Shown here piece after piece: positions 37,291 to 51,118 of a DNA stretch of 64,000 bases; within the stretch, counting starts at the first letter, position 1; each line of letters opens with the position of its first letter. The notes under the pieces are model-generated. The model searched no databases and was not told where the DNA came from. It was given only the letters and a program-made list of their open reading frames with translations. The DNA is from Marsupella aquatica (taxonomy: Eukaryota; Plantae; Marchantiophyta): the NCBI GenBank assembly GCA_973895155.1, contig OZ316897.1, forward strand, positions 11,927,832 through 11,991,831, in the 5' to 3' direction. Both the position numbers and the translations under genes were made by a program.

Positions 37291-40200
37291 ACTTGTTCTT
37301 TGGCCATTGTTTGGTACTTTGGCACTTGTTAGCTAGAGGACTTTTTGGCTCTTGGGTGTTCCAGGTTATTTTCCTTTGTTTCTACTCTGTTATTGGGTTT
37401 CTCGCCTTTTGGATCCTGTCTCCTTGTAAGTTCTTTTTTTGTTCTTTGCAGTTTTATATAATTATATCAATTGAAAGTAGATTCAACTTACTACATCATT
37501 CAAAACTCAATACACAACACAATGGATGAGCAAAACTTTAATAATTTTGTTTACTTTACTTTAATTTAATTTATTTTGTAATTTCCACAAAATCTAGAGA
37601 AATTCTGGGAAAAGGGAAGCCGTAATTACAAAATAAATAAATTAACAGAGCCATAAACTTGGGTGAGGTCTCATTCAACCACTAACAATTATAGCCCAAC
37701 ACAAAAGCACGATGAATGCCAGTATTTTTAGACCAAGCAACTTGCCTGCTGAGTCAATTCATGGGCTTGATTGTGAACTCATCTTGCTGATTGCTGGAAA
37801 TGTTTGGCTTGAAGCTAGTGTCACCAGATGACATCAAGACCTGTGTAATAAGGTAAGAAGAAAGTCTGTGTGATTTACATCTGACTGTGGTGAGACAAGG
37901 GAGCCACTCTTGGAAAATGAGCTCCAACAACCTTTGTTATAGAACATCATCATTAGTTTACTCACAAGTATTATAGCAGGAGTCCCCAAACTAATTAACA
38001 AAAATGCTTAGAGCCAAATTCAATGTAAAGGAGGACTGTGTGACCAAATATACTTGGGTCACAAGAAAACCTTCCTCCTTCCCCTTCACATAACATCCTC
38101 CACACTTCCTTATTAGATTAACCTACATGGTGTGGCATAAAAGACGTCAATGAATGCATAAGATGCTATTAATATGCAAAGATGTCAATGTGTAAAAATG
38201 CATGTTGTTGCACAAAAGATTTCATTGCATAAAAGAAGTTGTTGCAGAAAAGATGTAGTTAATGTCATGGAGGAAAAAATGTTATTACATAACAAAAGTT
38301 GTTCGGAAAATTAAAGAGATACTTGTGTAAAAGATGCCATTACGTACAAAAGAGATTAGTATGTTTAAGATTTCATAGCGAAAAAAGTAGTGCATGAAAG
38401 ATGTTGTGCAAAATGACATGAAGAAACAGACATTGTTATCTATAAGAAATTGTTGCGAGGTCAAAGGCAGGCACTTGGGCATAGGCTAATGAGAGGCTAT
38501 ATTTGGCCTTCAAGAAGAAAACGTGGAAGATTGGCCCACATACTTGACTCTCAAAAACTAATTCAGTTTCAGTTTGTGGCAAATGTCACAAACAGAATAC
38601 TTGTGATTAACATATTTGGATGGACCACTTTTGGGGCTTTGTATAATTGGTAGCCTGACAGGTGGACATATGGGGGAGGACCAATCCTCCTTGATGCTCC
38701 CCCTCCATTTGTCCTTGATCTCTCTTTTTTTCCTTTCCTTTTTCCAGTTTTTTTCTGGTCTCTTCCTTGCTTTAGTTCCATCCAAAAATAATGGCAGTGC
38801 AAATTTCTAAGACGACCATGGAAAAGTAGGCAGGACCCTTGTATTCTAGTTGTTAATATTTCGAACAGTCCTGGCCCCTGTCGTTTCCTTGTATATTCTC
38901 CTATGTGGTTGTATTATTCTTGAGTACTCTACTTTTAGATACAGGTTCGAGTTTGGTGAGCCCAGAAGTAGTGACATCACTTTGTTCAAAAAAATGATGT
39001 TCCCATGGAAACCAGGCAACAACGTACCCACCATGGAACAGTAAGGAATGTTAGGTCTCTGTGACATTGTGACCAAATGGGCTCCATCCTAGGTGCAAAA
39101 ATAAGTGGGCTGCTGTTGCCAAAACGTAGATGTGCCATTCATCCAGGCTTCATTTTCCTGTGCTTGTTTGTGTTTGGTATAAGGGTAGCTTTACAGGACG
39201 GTGGGCCACCATTCATTGTTTTCAGTTCCTCTAGGATTAAATCTGGATCATGTAATTAATGAAAATGGACTGAGGCATTCAAGTATCTTGTCCGCGTGTC
39301 CAAAGAAATACTAAAGTGGAGTGCTTTTATCTAGAAATGCAAACCACAATGACACAGATGTTCTGAACTTTGACTCCGTCATTGAAGGGATTGCATTTAA
39401 TATTCAATTCATTTTTGAAAAGATTTGTGGTCTAGTCTGTCTTTAGAAACAAGAACTGTACTTCGAGTTTGCCTTGGTTTTAAAATGTCACAAATAGTTA
39501 ATCCGTTTAAAGCCACCCTAAGATACGTACAGTACATAGCTTCCAGACGATTAACATTTAGGGAGAAAAAGGGCTCCGATTTAAGAAGCGTAGCTGTATG
39601 TGTTGGCGAAGTACTCGACTGAGAAGTGGCCTTTTATAGAGGGACCGGTTGTGTAGGAGTAAACTACGGGCATTATTTTCATCCCGCGCTTCTCTTTACT
39701 CTCTTCAAGACGTACTAGTCGCACGTGCTTTGATTGAAGGCATATGGTGGTAGCAGTTTTGAGTGGCGGCATGGCCGCTAGAACGACAATAAAGATAAAT
39801 ACCTTCACATTGTTAGATCCTAGACCCATCCATAAAGGACTGAGGCGTTGCGAATGAGTGAAGTACCTCATCACCCGGTAACGTTGGGTGTATACGGTCG
39901 CACTCCGGATTTTTCTCGACTGCAACTCCTTTCAAATTGAGTGTAGTCGAGGAGAAATTCTTAGTTTGTCTGTTTTGTCCTCAGGGGTTCCCATGCAATG
40001 AGCAGGCGTTTGCAGATGAATGCAACGATGAAATTGTACATTTTCAGGCTTTGTATTGGTGTACTGTAAATGTAATTGGGCTGATGATATCGTTGCATCA
40101 CAGGTATCCGTTCCTGTCCATGAGAACTGAGAAGAGTGTCCATGTATTCATGTCATTCACGAGAGTCGATGAGGTCAACAACACTCCCATTCCAATCCGA

Positions 40201-41016
40201 AAACTTATGGGGATTTTTCACTTTAGAAGAGATTTCGGAGAGGACAGGTACAGTCATCAAAAAATTGAAAACTGCGAATTTCAGTTAGAAGATGGCGAAA
40301 CAGTCTCGAGAACAGTCTCGACACCACTTGAAGGAGAGACAATCAAATTTTCTAATTCTCCTTGAAAATCAACTACGAATGACTTACATACCCGGGAACG
40401 CCTAGCTGCGGTTCCTAGCGACTGATTCTCATATCCTTCTCATGTCCACGTACAAGCCAGGCTCAGACAGGCCTGAGCTTCAAAAACCAGAAGGGGTCAA
40501 AATGCTAGTTGACGGTTTCTACAAGTTTTGTGGTGACTCCTAGCCTACCAGGTAATAACGCGTCGATCAGCAGTTAGTTGATCCTCTATCACACTGCTGC
40601 CTGTATTCATTCTCCCTTGCCCCACACCGGAATCACAAATACAGTTACTTCTCTTTGAAGGTGATGCTCTTGTATTTGCCGCTGCTGTAGGGCGATTTCG
40701 ACACTCCGCACAGACGTAAAATCTGCATTTCAACCAGGAAATGATAGCAAACTTAACATGGTAGCAACACGGATTCTTGAATGATGTCTAGCAATGCGCA
40801 AATATGGCCTAGATTTAGAAAAGTGCAAATGAATCTGGTGATCAGGTCTTCGAGCCAAATTCGCTAGTAATGTCCGCTAAATGGATATAGAAACCTCGAA
40901 TTGCCTTAATAAATCAAGTCAATCTGCATCCTCTAAGCAGGTCCTCCGACGGATAGTGCCACTTAGTATCTACCCATCCCGGGCCGGCAGTGAAGGCGAT
41001 GAGAGATGGTGAAAAA

Positions 41017-41496
41017 TCAACTCACTTTGCGTTTCAGACCAACAGTGCTGTGATAAGTTTGGTGAGCCCGAAATCTCTTAGCACTGTCAAAGAGAGTTCG
41101 CGAACATCGCTTGCTCTTCTTGGTAGGAGTGGATAAGGCTCGCACACGCAGAAAGGAAGACGTTCTGTCAGCTTTGATAGGCGAGACGTAAGGAAGGAAA
41201 GCATCTTCTTCCTGGTAGCCGTCTTTAGAGTAGATGGATGGGTAGAGGATCGCCAGACTCCTGTCTGCGATCTGGTTGAAGCGATCCACAAGCTTCTTAC
41301 GCTTGGAGTGTGGCGAATGAGGGGGCCTCTTTCGGCGCAGCCGTGTCGGAGTTGGAGTGCACATTATGGCTTCGGGTATTGGAAATCCCTCTGACAAATC
41401 CGGGAACTTCAGTTCAATTATGGCAGACACCTCGGCGGGTGTAATAGTCATCGCCATTGTTTCCAATTGTCCGTCTTCAATCCTGTTCTTGAACAA
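41017..41496 (-). CDS. Hypothetical basic S/T-P-rich protein (possibly the last exon of an orphan gene)
   Basis: 159-codon ORF with CTPTP, KRKK, SPIK, TPTKK and RTLF motifs. No family recognised; upstream splice model doubtful. Confidence 0.35.
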   Translation of the reverse strand: MFKNRIEDGQLETMAMTITPAEVSAIIELKFPDLSEGFPIPEAIMCTPTPTRLRRKRPPHSPHSKRKKLVDRFNQIADRSLAILYPSIYSKDGYQEEDAFLPYVSPIKADRTSSFLRVRALSTPTKKSKRCSRTLFDSAKRFRAHQTYHSTVGLKRKVS

Positions 41497-44400
41497 AATT
41501 CAACACGACAGACTCATATTAGTAGCTGCATACCCGTCAAGGAAACATTTCTCAGGGAAGAAAGAGCAACAAGTGAATCCCACACCGAGCTCTCTGCACA
41601 ACTCGCCTTCGAGCTAGGAACGTCCATCTGTAACAACCTTCCCGTGGGCTTGAATTGCAGTAACAGTGCCTGTATTCACTTTTGTAACTACAGTAGCTAG
41701 CAAAGTCAAATCGAAGCTATGTACGACACTCCTTCGTTCCGTCGACCCTCACTCTCTAATAAAAGTATCACATGTTATTTGTCGGATGACCAGGTCTGCT
41801 AAGACAATATTAAACAATGTACCTCTTGTTCATTCAGCTTAAATATCCAAAGCATGACCAAATGTGGGCCGTTTCAGATCGAGGCACAGTGCACCAAACG
41901 AGGAGTCTAGAAAGACGCGGATGCTTATAGATCAAAGTCATATGCATTTACGTCGACACAAAACAAGACCTGACACTGCCTCCAAGGAGGCCCACATTCG
42001 GTCATGGTTTGGATAGAACCGAGGGAGCGAGACTTTGGGCTTCGTAATCGTGCTGTGAGCAGGGCTGTGATTGCACAAAAACGAGGATCCAGAGAAATCC
42101 TCGTAGATTTAAGCCAAATCCATGTACATTCACAAAACAAGAAAAGAAAAGACACAAATCTGTGACAATTGACAGGAACCTAAGCACAGATTCAAGATGA
42201 TCGTTTAACCACAGCCTTCTTCTCCAGCTTCATCACCCATTCACATTAATTTTCGAAAAGGGGCAAAGGCAAGTCAGTCAGCGGCAGTGTACTCACAAGC
42301 TAGCACTTTCTTCTGCTGTCCCGCCGCCTCCTCCACACTCCACGACCAGACACACTGCATAATCGACAACTTCTCAACTATAGAGAAACCACATCACTGT
42401 CTACTAAATAGAAAAATATACTCTAGAGTACGACATCAAACTTTCAGCTTGGTCAAATTAAATTGCTTATAACGCAATACTTACTTGCGACCAGGCTTCG
42501 GATTAGTTGGGACAATTCTCAACTGCACGGGCACGTCGTCAAGCTTGAAGCTGAATTCTGTGCAGTCCCTGGCAGCTCACGGTGAGCTCGCAGGGACCCA
42601 AAATTGAATCAATGAATCGCCAGAGTGACAGCAGTTGAAGCAACACGAAGATCTCAGTACACTCCTCGAATCATCCACTGCTACAGTGTCACTAAAAGCG
42701 ACAAGAGAGGCAAGCAACAGCAGCATAGCATACTATCACTGCGAGATTGTGAGCCTTTTAACGGCTACGAATTCACAGGCCTCCAACGCTCCACCATGTC
42801 GAACGATCAGTCCACGAGCAGAAACCTTCCTTCCTTCGCGGATGCTGCGAATCGAGTTGAACAGCTTTTACTGCCCCAGTCCGTTCAACATAGAGACGTT
42901 ACCTCGAGAATTCGCGAAAAACGAGCAAGCGACGAATTTTTGCATTGATTCTCCAGTGCGCCGTCTCAATAAATAACGAGTAGGATCCGGTGATAGGCTT
43001 GTAAATATATGTATAGTCCGTTGGTTCTTATCGAACAATGAGGAGACGGACCCTAAGTGTATGTAAAAGTCCGATGGTTCGAACACAGCAACGAGACAAG
43101 ACATTGCTCTTGTTGAACTTAGCACTACACACAAAGAAAGAGACACTCAATACGGGATGGTGTTAAAGGAGGCGTATGCTGAATACACCCATCCAACTTT
43201 TTCGGGTCTAGATAATTGCTTATCAAAATGTGTAAGTCATACATCCATCATACCATGATAAACTTTGTTATTTATGTACCCCACTAGAGGTCCCTTCCAA
43301 AATTCCTGACTCCACAGCGTGCCATGTCATCACGGCGCGCTACAAATAGAAACAGATTGGTTTCCACAATGAAATTATGCCAACATTCGTGTTTGCGACA
43401 AGATTTTGGTAAAATTGAGGATACCATGCCGTAAAGCTTGATGTAAAAAGTTATCAAAAATAATTGTTTTATTTACCCTGAGTAAGCTTTCAACTCAGTT
43501 TTATTTACCCCCTTAACCAACTGCCCACCCTTTTTTTTAATTGTAATTCAATTGTAATTAAAGTAATGAAGCAACACTTTAATTACATTGGCAGTTAAGA
43601 ATCCTGAGCATGGCAGTTAAGAATCCTGTTTCTGCAGCGCCAGAAGGTCATTTCTGTCTAGCACTCCTTCTCTAGCAATCTATCTTCAGGCATTGTCGTT
43701 TCCACGTGTCGTGCTCGTGGACAGAAGAATTATATGACGAACAGATTCAGCTTGTGAAGTAGGCAATTATTGAGCAGGAAACACCAAACATTGCTCCACA
43801 ACTTGATGCAGCTTAGTGAGCATTGCCCTACTTTTCGTGGAGTGAAGATCCGAATCGGTAACAAACGAAAGAACATAACAATTTCATAAGGACGAAACGA
43901 GCACACTGACTGCACCATCGCTCTTGTGGGTTCTTACAAATCCAATCTATTACACAGGCTCGTATTTCAGGAGTTCATAGAGGAGGCAGCTTGAAATCAA
44001 AGACCAGTCTGCATGTAGGACTTCAAATTGTATCTCCATATCTAGTTTTTGAAAGGGAAGAGCTGACCCAGTGCTCCATTGCACTAGACAGAGCTCGGCT
44101 TGATTTGGCAGTAAGAAATACTATCTAGCAATTGATAGACCAGGGCTCTACAAGTTTCTACGAGCACAGTCGATGCCTTTTCATGATCAAATTGAAAATA
44201 TTAGAAGTGAAGCTGATTTGAGAGATCACTTGATAAGGACGCGGATCATTATTGGAGCGAACAGAAGCAGTGACTCTGTCAAATGCATCGACTCTCAAGA
44301 GGCGCGTTTGCAAGAGGCTGTGGTAAAAAGGATTGTGTTTAGAGAGACGTTCAGATATGGATAAAGGATTTTGATGAAATCATCCGGGAGTTCCAAGGTG

Positions 44401-45908
44401 AGAGGTCAATGTGGTTATTGTGAGGAAGAAGGAACGGAAACTAAGAGATGAGGAACTCGGGGCGGAGGAGTAGGTTTGGCTGCTGAAAGGCAAAAAAGAT
44501 TGAAAGGTTCAGGTGACGATTAGAGTTGTTTGGGAGACAGTAGCGGGAATGCATTTGTTGAAGTTCAGGAGAGAAACGGTCGAATGTGACTTCTGTAATG
44601 AGAAAAATTGGATTGAAAACTGATAGATAATGTGAATGGGTCGTAAGGAATCGGGAAGTGTAATGGAGAAGATAGGGGTCCATGAACTAATTTCTTTAAA
44701 CCAATTAGTGCACACCCTATAATAACCCATTTTGATGTGTGATTACCATAGGCTATTTTTTCTTCCTTGATTGAACCCCAAAGTCCATTTGTTACCCAAT
44801 CTACCCACTCTCACAGTTTGGTACAAAAAGTACATGTATGCTGCACTATTGGGAGCATGAACCACAACTTACTGTCTTTAAGTTGTGGCCATTTGAGCAC
44901 ATGGTACCCCGACTTGAGCCCGTGATAGTTTGTACACCCTAGATCTTAATTATATATTTTAATTTACCATGTTGCTTGTTTTATTGTTTTGACTAATTTT
45001 TTCTGTTTTAACCAAAGTCAATTTCAAATCTACAAATGATTATAGTTGTCCCAGATCACAAATTGGATGACTAGGATTGCATGCAGCAGCCCACCTTTGG
45101 TAGGTCAAGGCCACACAATCAGAAAGTTGTTCAAAGGATTATTTACCCTATATGGCCTCACTCTTGCCATAGAGTACAAAGTGGAATTTCAGGGGTGGGC
45201 ATTCCATTCTCAAAGGCATAGCATCCAGATAATTTGACTGGTGTTAACAGACAAAGACTGAAATATCAAAGTGACTCAAGGAGCAAAATGTATTGTCTAC
45301 TTCTTGGCATTAAATAATTTATCTGTATAGGATAGTAGGCATGATTTTCAAATTGTGCAATGCTTGAAGTGCCACAGACTCTTGATTAATTCTCATCCCC
45401 AAACTTGATGAAGGTGATGTCAGGCTCAGCTTCAATCATCCCTACTTCCTTGAAGCTTGGGAATTGTTGGAACAACATCTCTATCGTCAGGTTATTAGCC
45501 CAATGGAGTAAATTATGTGCGAACAAGGAGTTGTTGGGGATTGCCAGAGAATGGAGCCAAAAGGTGCCGTAGAAAGCAAAAGCTATAGCCAAAATAAACA
45601 ATCATCTAGACCATCTGAGCAACAAAACTCAATAGACCAGAAGACAATGTCCGAGAGAGCTATTCTCCCGACAAGCATAGAGAGTAGCAAAACTATTCTC
45701 TACACAAACATACAGAGCAGCAGTCCTAGGGCCCAAACCCTCTCACATCTCCAATGAAAGTCATAAGAGCAGGGGGACCACACTGTTCCTAGAACACTAC
45801 AGAATCAGAATCACTATAATGCACAACCCCAATGAAAGTTATGTGGGCAACGTTCCTAGCTTACTAGCTAAAGAATCAGAGTCACTATAATGCCTTAGTT
45901 AGGAAAAA

Positions 45909-46194
45909 TCCAAGCTTTGTCTCTTCAAAGGCACTCTTTTGCATAGTATTCTGTTAGGCTCAAGAATAGCAACTCTTTTTTACACAGTATAATTGTGGAA
46001 ATAGAACTGGTCCCCCTTAACAATCCATGAACAATAACAATTCATACTATCTCCAAGCTTTGCCTCTTCAAAGGCACTCTTTTGCATAGTAGTCTGTTAG
46101 GCTCGAGAATAGCCACTCTTTTTTACACAGTATAATTGTGGAAATAGAACTGGTCCCCCTTAACAATTCGTGAACAATAACAATTCATACTATC
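45909..46194. repeat. 143-bp near-identical tandem duplication
   Basis: TCCAAGCTTTG(T/C)CTCTTCAAAGGCAC...AACAATTCATACTATC at 45909 and 46052. Confidence 0.9.
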
Positions 46195-47052
46195 TTGAGG
46201 GTTTTGGAGACCGTAACAAATGTCTGGGACCCCTAGGGTAACCCCTATAACTTAAATTAATGTAGAATAGGAGTAACTATGAAAGTTATAAGTAAATCTT
46301 ACACAATTAACAAGAAAATATGTAGAGAAAACTAAATTTTCATGCATCCATTTGTAGGGAGTAAGAGTAGTGAAAGTGAACTGGACCCTAGTCAAGAGGG
46401 GAGTCATGCCATCCTGCCATCCTTGTATGTAGCCAAAAGAGATATCACAAAGGGGAAGAGGAGTTACACTCTAGATAAGTGGAGGTGGGAGCTCATGATG
46501 GACAAACTTAAACCCAGTAAATCCAAAGCTCGTGATCATGTTGAAGCATGCCCTCTCCTTGAAAATCTGCAACTCTATGGATAACAGTCGGGTATCTTTT
46601 ATGGGCACTAGAGTCCCATCAAAGCACTTCCAATTCAGCTATGCTAATCCACATTTTCAATCTGCTACAACATAGGGAGACTGCAAGATGATAGACCACA
46701 TAACTTGTCAGAATTAAGCGCAAACCAAGGTTATGGAAAATCCCTCACCACCATCTTTCTATCAAGGACAAGAGTGAATACTCTCTCATCTTCCTCATCA
46801 CAATAATTCACTCCCTCAGTCACCAGAGGAATATCAATCCCCACTCAAAAACCCTCAATCCGACCCCAAGGAGCGTCATCAATTTACTCCACTTTGTTAT
46901 CATTGTTGAGGTGTTGTCAACTCCCAGCCCACCATTGTGTGATCAAAAATCGTTCTCACCTAAACTCCCACAATCATCACTTCCACTTGCTCCTCCACCA
47001 TCTTCTTCAGATTGCTCAAGGTCATAATTCCCAGATAAATCAAAGCTCTTCC

Positions 47053-47332
47053 TTGGAGGTTTCATTTCCACAAAAATGACATATCACGTGCGATGAAGTA
47101 TAGGGTCATTTGATTGGTTCCAAAGGAAGAATTAAAAATTTTCTCAGAAGAACAATAGGGTCTGTTAAATCCAATTTGAGACTTATAAGAATTAAGGGTT
47201 TTTTAATCAATTTTAGGAATATTTCAACTTTATAGGGGTTTAAAAATTAGAAAAAATCTTACATTTAGGGACTGAGGCCTAAAAGCGTTGCAGGTGATGG
47301 GAGCCCTCCATAATTATAGTGAGACCCCCGAG
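47053..47332 (-). repeat. Dispersed repeat family C, copy 2
   Basis: Reverse-complement homologue of 4061-4348. Confidence 0.75.
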
Positions 47333-49163
47333 AGTTCCTCCTAGGTAACACCTGATGATAGCCCTTATGTAAAGCCCAAAACACACCTACTGATATCAAA
47401 TCAAGTCGAACACCTTGTAAGAATGACGGGACTTGTGAGAAATCCTTAATACCCACAAGTGGCGGAGGTCCCATAGGTAGTGTTGCCCTCCTAAGGGGTA
47501 TTCAAAGATTGACTTACCGATATATATACTAGTTGCAAGCAAAGAGGGTGAGTAATTTTAAGATAGAAGATTGGTGAGTAGAGAATCAAGAAGAGCCTTT
47601 GGACCTCTTAATCCTTCTTAATAAACACAGACAAAATGATGGGGGTGTAGAGCTCGGTGTATAGTAGATGAAATATAAAAAAAAGACACCAACACTATCA
47701 CAAGGATCAAATTGCACTAGATAGCTTGAATGTGCTTTAGCCACTTTGTTATCAAACCAAATATTAGTGTCCACGTACCGATATGCAAATTGGTTGGCCT
47801 TTATTGGGAGAACCCATGAGAAAAATTTGATGTGACTTCAGCGGAGAGACTTTGTTCAACTCAAAGGGATACGTAGTGCACTATTTGCAGAAATGTCTGA
47901 TACGTAAGGGATTCATGATTTGAACACACATTGACCAACATAACTCCATGTGTCACATCAAATCTCCATGAACACTCAAATCTAAAAATTAGTGTGCTGC
48001 AAATCCGTGGAGTCGTAGTGATTAGAGTTTATGGAGTGCCAAATGTGTGTCAGGGGGTGGGCACAATGTTTTGTGCTCATTGCTTGGTCGAACACGATAG
48101 AGACTCTCTCAAAGAGGTGGGGGAGGACGGGCCCATTTCTAGGGACAATGGCCTTAGGATTGATCGAAAAGGGCAAGAGACAGACTCTCTCAGTGCGGCT
48201 GGCGGTGCAAACCACCAGAGTTGCTGACTTTTAGTGCAAAGAGGTGTAAGTAATCAGTACATTAGGCAATTAAAAAGAAATAAAATTATGTAACTTTTTT
48301 GGAGTAGTTAAGGTGATGAAACACCAAAAATATGATTTTACACCTTCAAGGGTTTATGCTTAGGGACCTCCACGCTTATACGTTTACATGGGAATAAGCT
48401 AGTGATACCTAACTCTAGCACCTGGTTAGGTTAACTAGGTGAAAACTAACCATGATTGTGATATAGTAGTTATTCTAAGATGGGTGTAAAGCATAAAAGC
48501 TGGAATTCTGAAAACTTTTTAGACCTTACGGGAGTTTTTTAATGTCATTCAATAAGCTTCTAAGCTCCTGAGTTTAAGAGAATCAAAAAGCCATGGACAT
48601 CAATGATGTTCTTGTGTAGATACGGTTGGGACATTTCAGTTGTGGCAACCTTACTGAAGACGCTTCAAGATGGCAAATGGCAAAAATTAGGAGAAGTCTT
48701 TAACGTCCCTTTGTGAGGACGTCTCAAACTTCAAGTTTCTAAGGACCAAGACTTCCCCGTGCTTAAAATTGACCCTGATGGCAGGAACAAGATGTCTTGG
48801 ATGTCCCTTTTGAAAGACGTTTGGGATGTCCCCTCACCCGAGTACTTGAGAGTCTGGACAGCCCGATAACCTTTCGCGGACATGAAACGGCAAAACAGAG
48901 AGAAGTCGTTGACATTCCCAAGTGAGGACGTCAACTTACCCAAGTATCGGACTAGTTAGTAACCTCAAAAGGGTTAGTTAGCTTCTATATATATGTATGC
49001 TCTATGTGACAGATTGTCAACTAGTACGGCTTAATTCTAGTTAACTCTAGTTACACAGGGAAATTCCCTCATAAAGATACATATGGAGAATAAAATGTAA
49101 GTTGCTAGGTAGTTAACTCAGGACTAGAATTTAGGGTATCTCTAGCGTATCTAAAATCTCACA

Positions 49164-49340
49164 GGAGGCAAAACAAAGAGATTTGAAATACCCTATTCAT
49201 TTGTAACTTTACTACCTAGTCACTACTACCTTTACAGTAAAGTTGTCCCTTTAGAATAAGCGCCCTCCCATGGTTAGTACTAACTTTATTGTAAGGCGTC
49301 TCAAATCTTGCCCAAAAGTATCAGTTTTTGTCTCTGGCCA
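49164..49340 (+). repeat. Repeat family A, partial unit (full unit about 250 bp)
   Basis: GAGGCAAAACAAAGAG...TGTAACTTTACTACCT...CAGTAAAGTTGTCC...GCCCTCCCATGG...GCCCAAAAGTATCAGTTTTTGT, also present at 50040-50410 and partly at 51596-51710. Confidence 0.8.
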
Positions 49341-49341
49341 G

Positions 49342-50020
49342 TTCTAAGACACACCTATTTTAACTTATTCACAATAAAATATAATTTATGCAACACAAGC
49401 TATCATATCCTATTCAAAACTATTGAAACAATAATTATAAAAAAGCACATATCATTAAAGTGAAGAGATGTACCACACTCTGTGCGTGACACAAGTAAAA
49501 TGTACAAGTCAGTATACCTTGTAGGTCCAATATTTTGTGGTGAAAGCGAAGTAAACTAATTTTGTACCTTTCTAAAATTTGGAGGGCTCTCTATTTAGGT
49601 ACGGGCTCTGTTTAGTTGACATCTATTAACCTATAAACCATAAGCATTGGAAATTTTAAACTGGGCATCGTCGGATGGTGTCCTACAATAGTCTGTTGCC
49701 TGATTGAGTTTGGAGAGTTTACCTTATCAATGAATTCTCATGAAAAGGAGGAGTGCCTATAGCATAAATAAATAGTTAAACTAGAGGAATATGTTAAGGT
49801 GTCATAATAAAAAGATTATTAGAAATTTAAGCAACATACTTAAAACTAAGTACTTGAAAAAATTTAAGGGGTTGCCTGGAAGAAATCACTAAATTCAGAA
49901 AAATACAAACAAAAAGCATAGAATAGACCAAATTGACATAAAAATATGTAACAAACAATTCTAATAAGACAAGATAACCAAAGTGTGTCTCGCCACATAG
50001 CAGCATCAAAAAAATAGGAC
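49342..50020 (-). repeat. Family B copy 2 (inverted relative to copies 1 and 3)
   Basis: Starts TTCTAAGACACACCTATTTTAACTTATT, the reverse complement of ~51089-51117. Ends TTCTAATAAGACAA...GCCACATAGCAGCA, the reverse complement of ~50420-50470. Confidence 0.75.
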
Positions 50021-50039
50021 ACAAACATCAAGTGTGTGG

Positions 50040-50410
50040 ACAAGATGTTTTGTGTCTGGTCACAAGTGTGCAGGCAAGACTTTTTTCTGGGAGAGTACCC
50101 TTTCACCACCACCGGAGGCAAAACAAAGAGATGATTTGAGATGCCCGAGTGTAACTTTACTACCTTTCCAGTAAAGTTGTCCATTTACAGTGAAGTTGTC
50201 CCTCTACAATAAGAGCCCTCCCATGGTCAGTACTTACTTTATAGTAGGGGTCTTAAACCTTGAGGTCCCAAATAAAATCTGGCCCAAAAGTATCAGTTTT
50301 TGTTTCTGGTCACAAGTGTGCGGACAAGAATTTTTTCTGGGAAAATACCCTTTCACAAGTAGAGGCAAAACAAAGAGGATTGAGATACCCTAGTGTAACT
50401 TTACTACCTA
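50040..50410 (+). repeat. Repeat family A, about 1.5 tandem units
   Basis: TCTGGTCACAAGTGTGC and GAGGCAAAACAAAGAG each recur about 250 bp apart. Confidence 0.8.
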
Positions 50411-51118
50411 CCTATTTGTCTGCTGCTATATGGCAAACACCTTCTACCCTATTTTGTCTTATTAGAAGAATGAGTTCTGAATTTTCTTTTAAATCGAGCC
50501 TAGTCTATCATTTCACTTTGGATTGGTTTTGAATTCATCAAATTTTCTAACCCCTTTAATTATTTCAAGTACATTATTTTCATTTAATATGTTAGGTTTA
50601 TTTACTATGATAGCTTATCATGTATTTGATGAGATGAGATTACTATTCTGTCATTCCTTCTCTATGGCATGGCAAGGTTAGACTCACCAAGATGCACCAG
50701 TACAAAAACCAGCAATGCCTTGTAGGTTATATCTCCATTGATGAAAAACCTCCCAACCCTTATGGTTTAGAGGTTAAGGGTGTCACCTAAATAGTGAATC
50801 TCTCAATAGGGCCTAAAAGTAGAGTACAAAGCTAGAGTACAAAGCTAACATACTTCTCTGTCAACCACAAAGTGCTATACCCCTAAGGTACTTTGACTTA
50901 TAAATTATGTACTTGTCTTTCACCTAAAAAGTAAGATAGTTTCTTCACTTTTAAAGGTGTGCATTTTTATTCCATTTATTTCTTTGAATCACTATTTTAA
51001 TACATTTGAATACGATCCTATAGCTGCTATTTGATAAACTATTTAAATTAATTGATAGTTTACATAGGGTACAATTGACATTATTGTCAATAAGTTAAAA
51101 TAGCTGTGTCTTAGAAAG
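50411..51118 (+). repeat. Family B copy 3
   Basis: Homologous to 13580-14265 (direct) and 49342-50020 (inverted). Its end lies in a ~41-bp tandem duplication at 51103-51185. Confidence 0.75.

Noticed and set aside
39937-40365. 142-aa ORF
   Set aside because: Non-ATG start, no motifs, no convincing splice partner.
41483-42005. Three-exon model for the orphan gene (42005-41970, 41613-41534, 41482-41017)
   Set aside because: In frame, but requires a 51-nt intron, shorter than typical plant introns.
43900-44730. Possible transposase remnant
   Set aside because: No diagnostic DDE, HUH or RT motif could be read.
48590-48950. GACGTC/GATGTC-rich block resembling transposon subterminal repeats
   Set aside because: No terminal motif or TSD found; cannot be classified.
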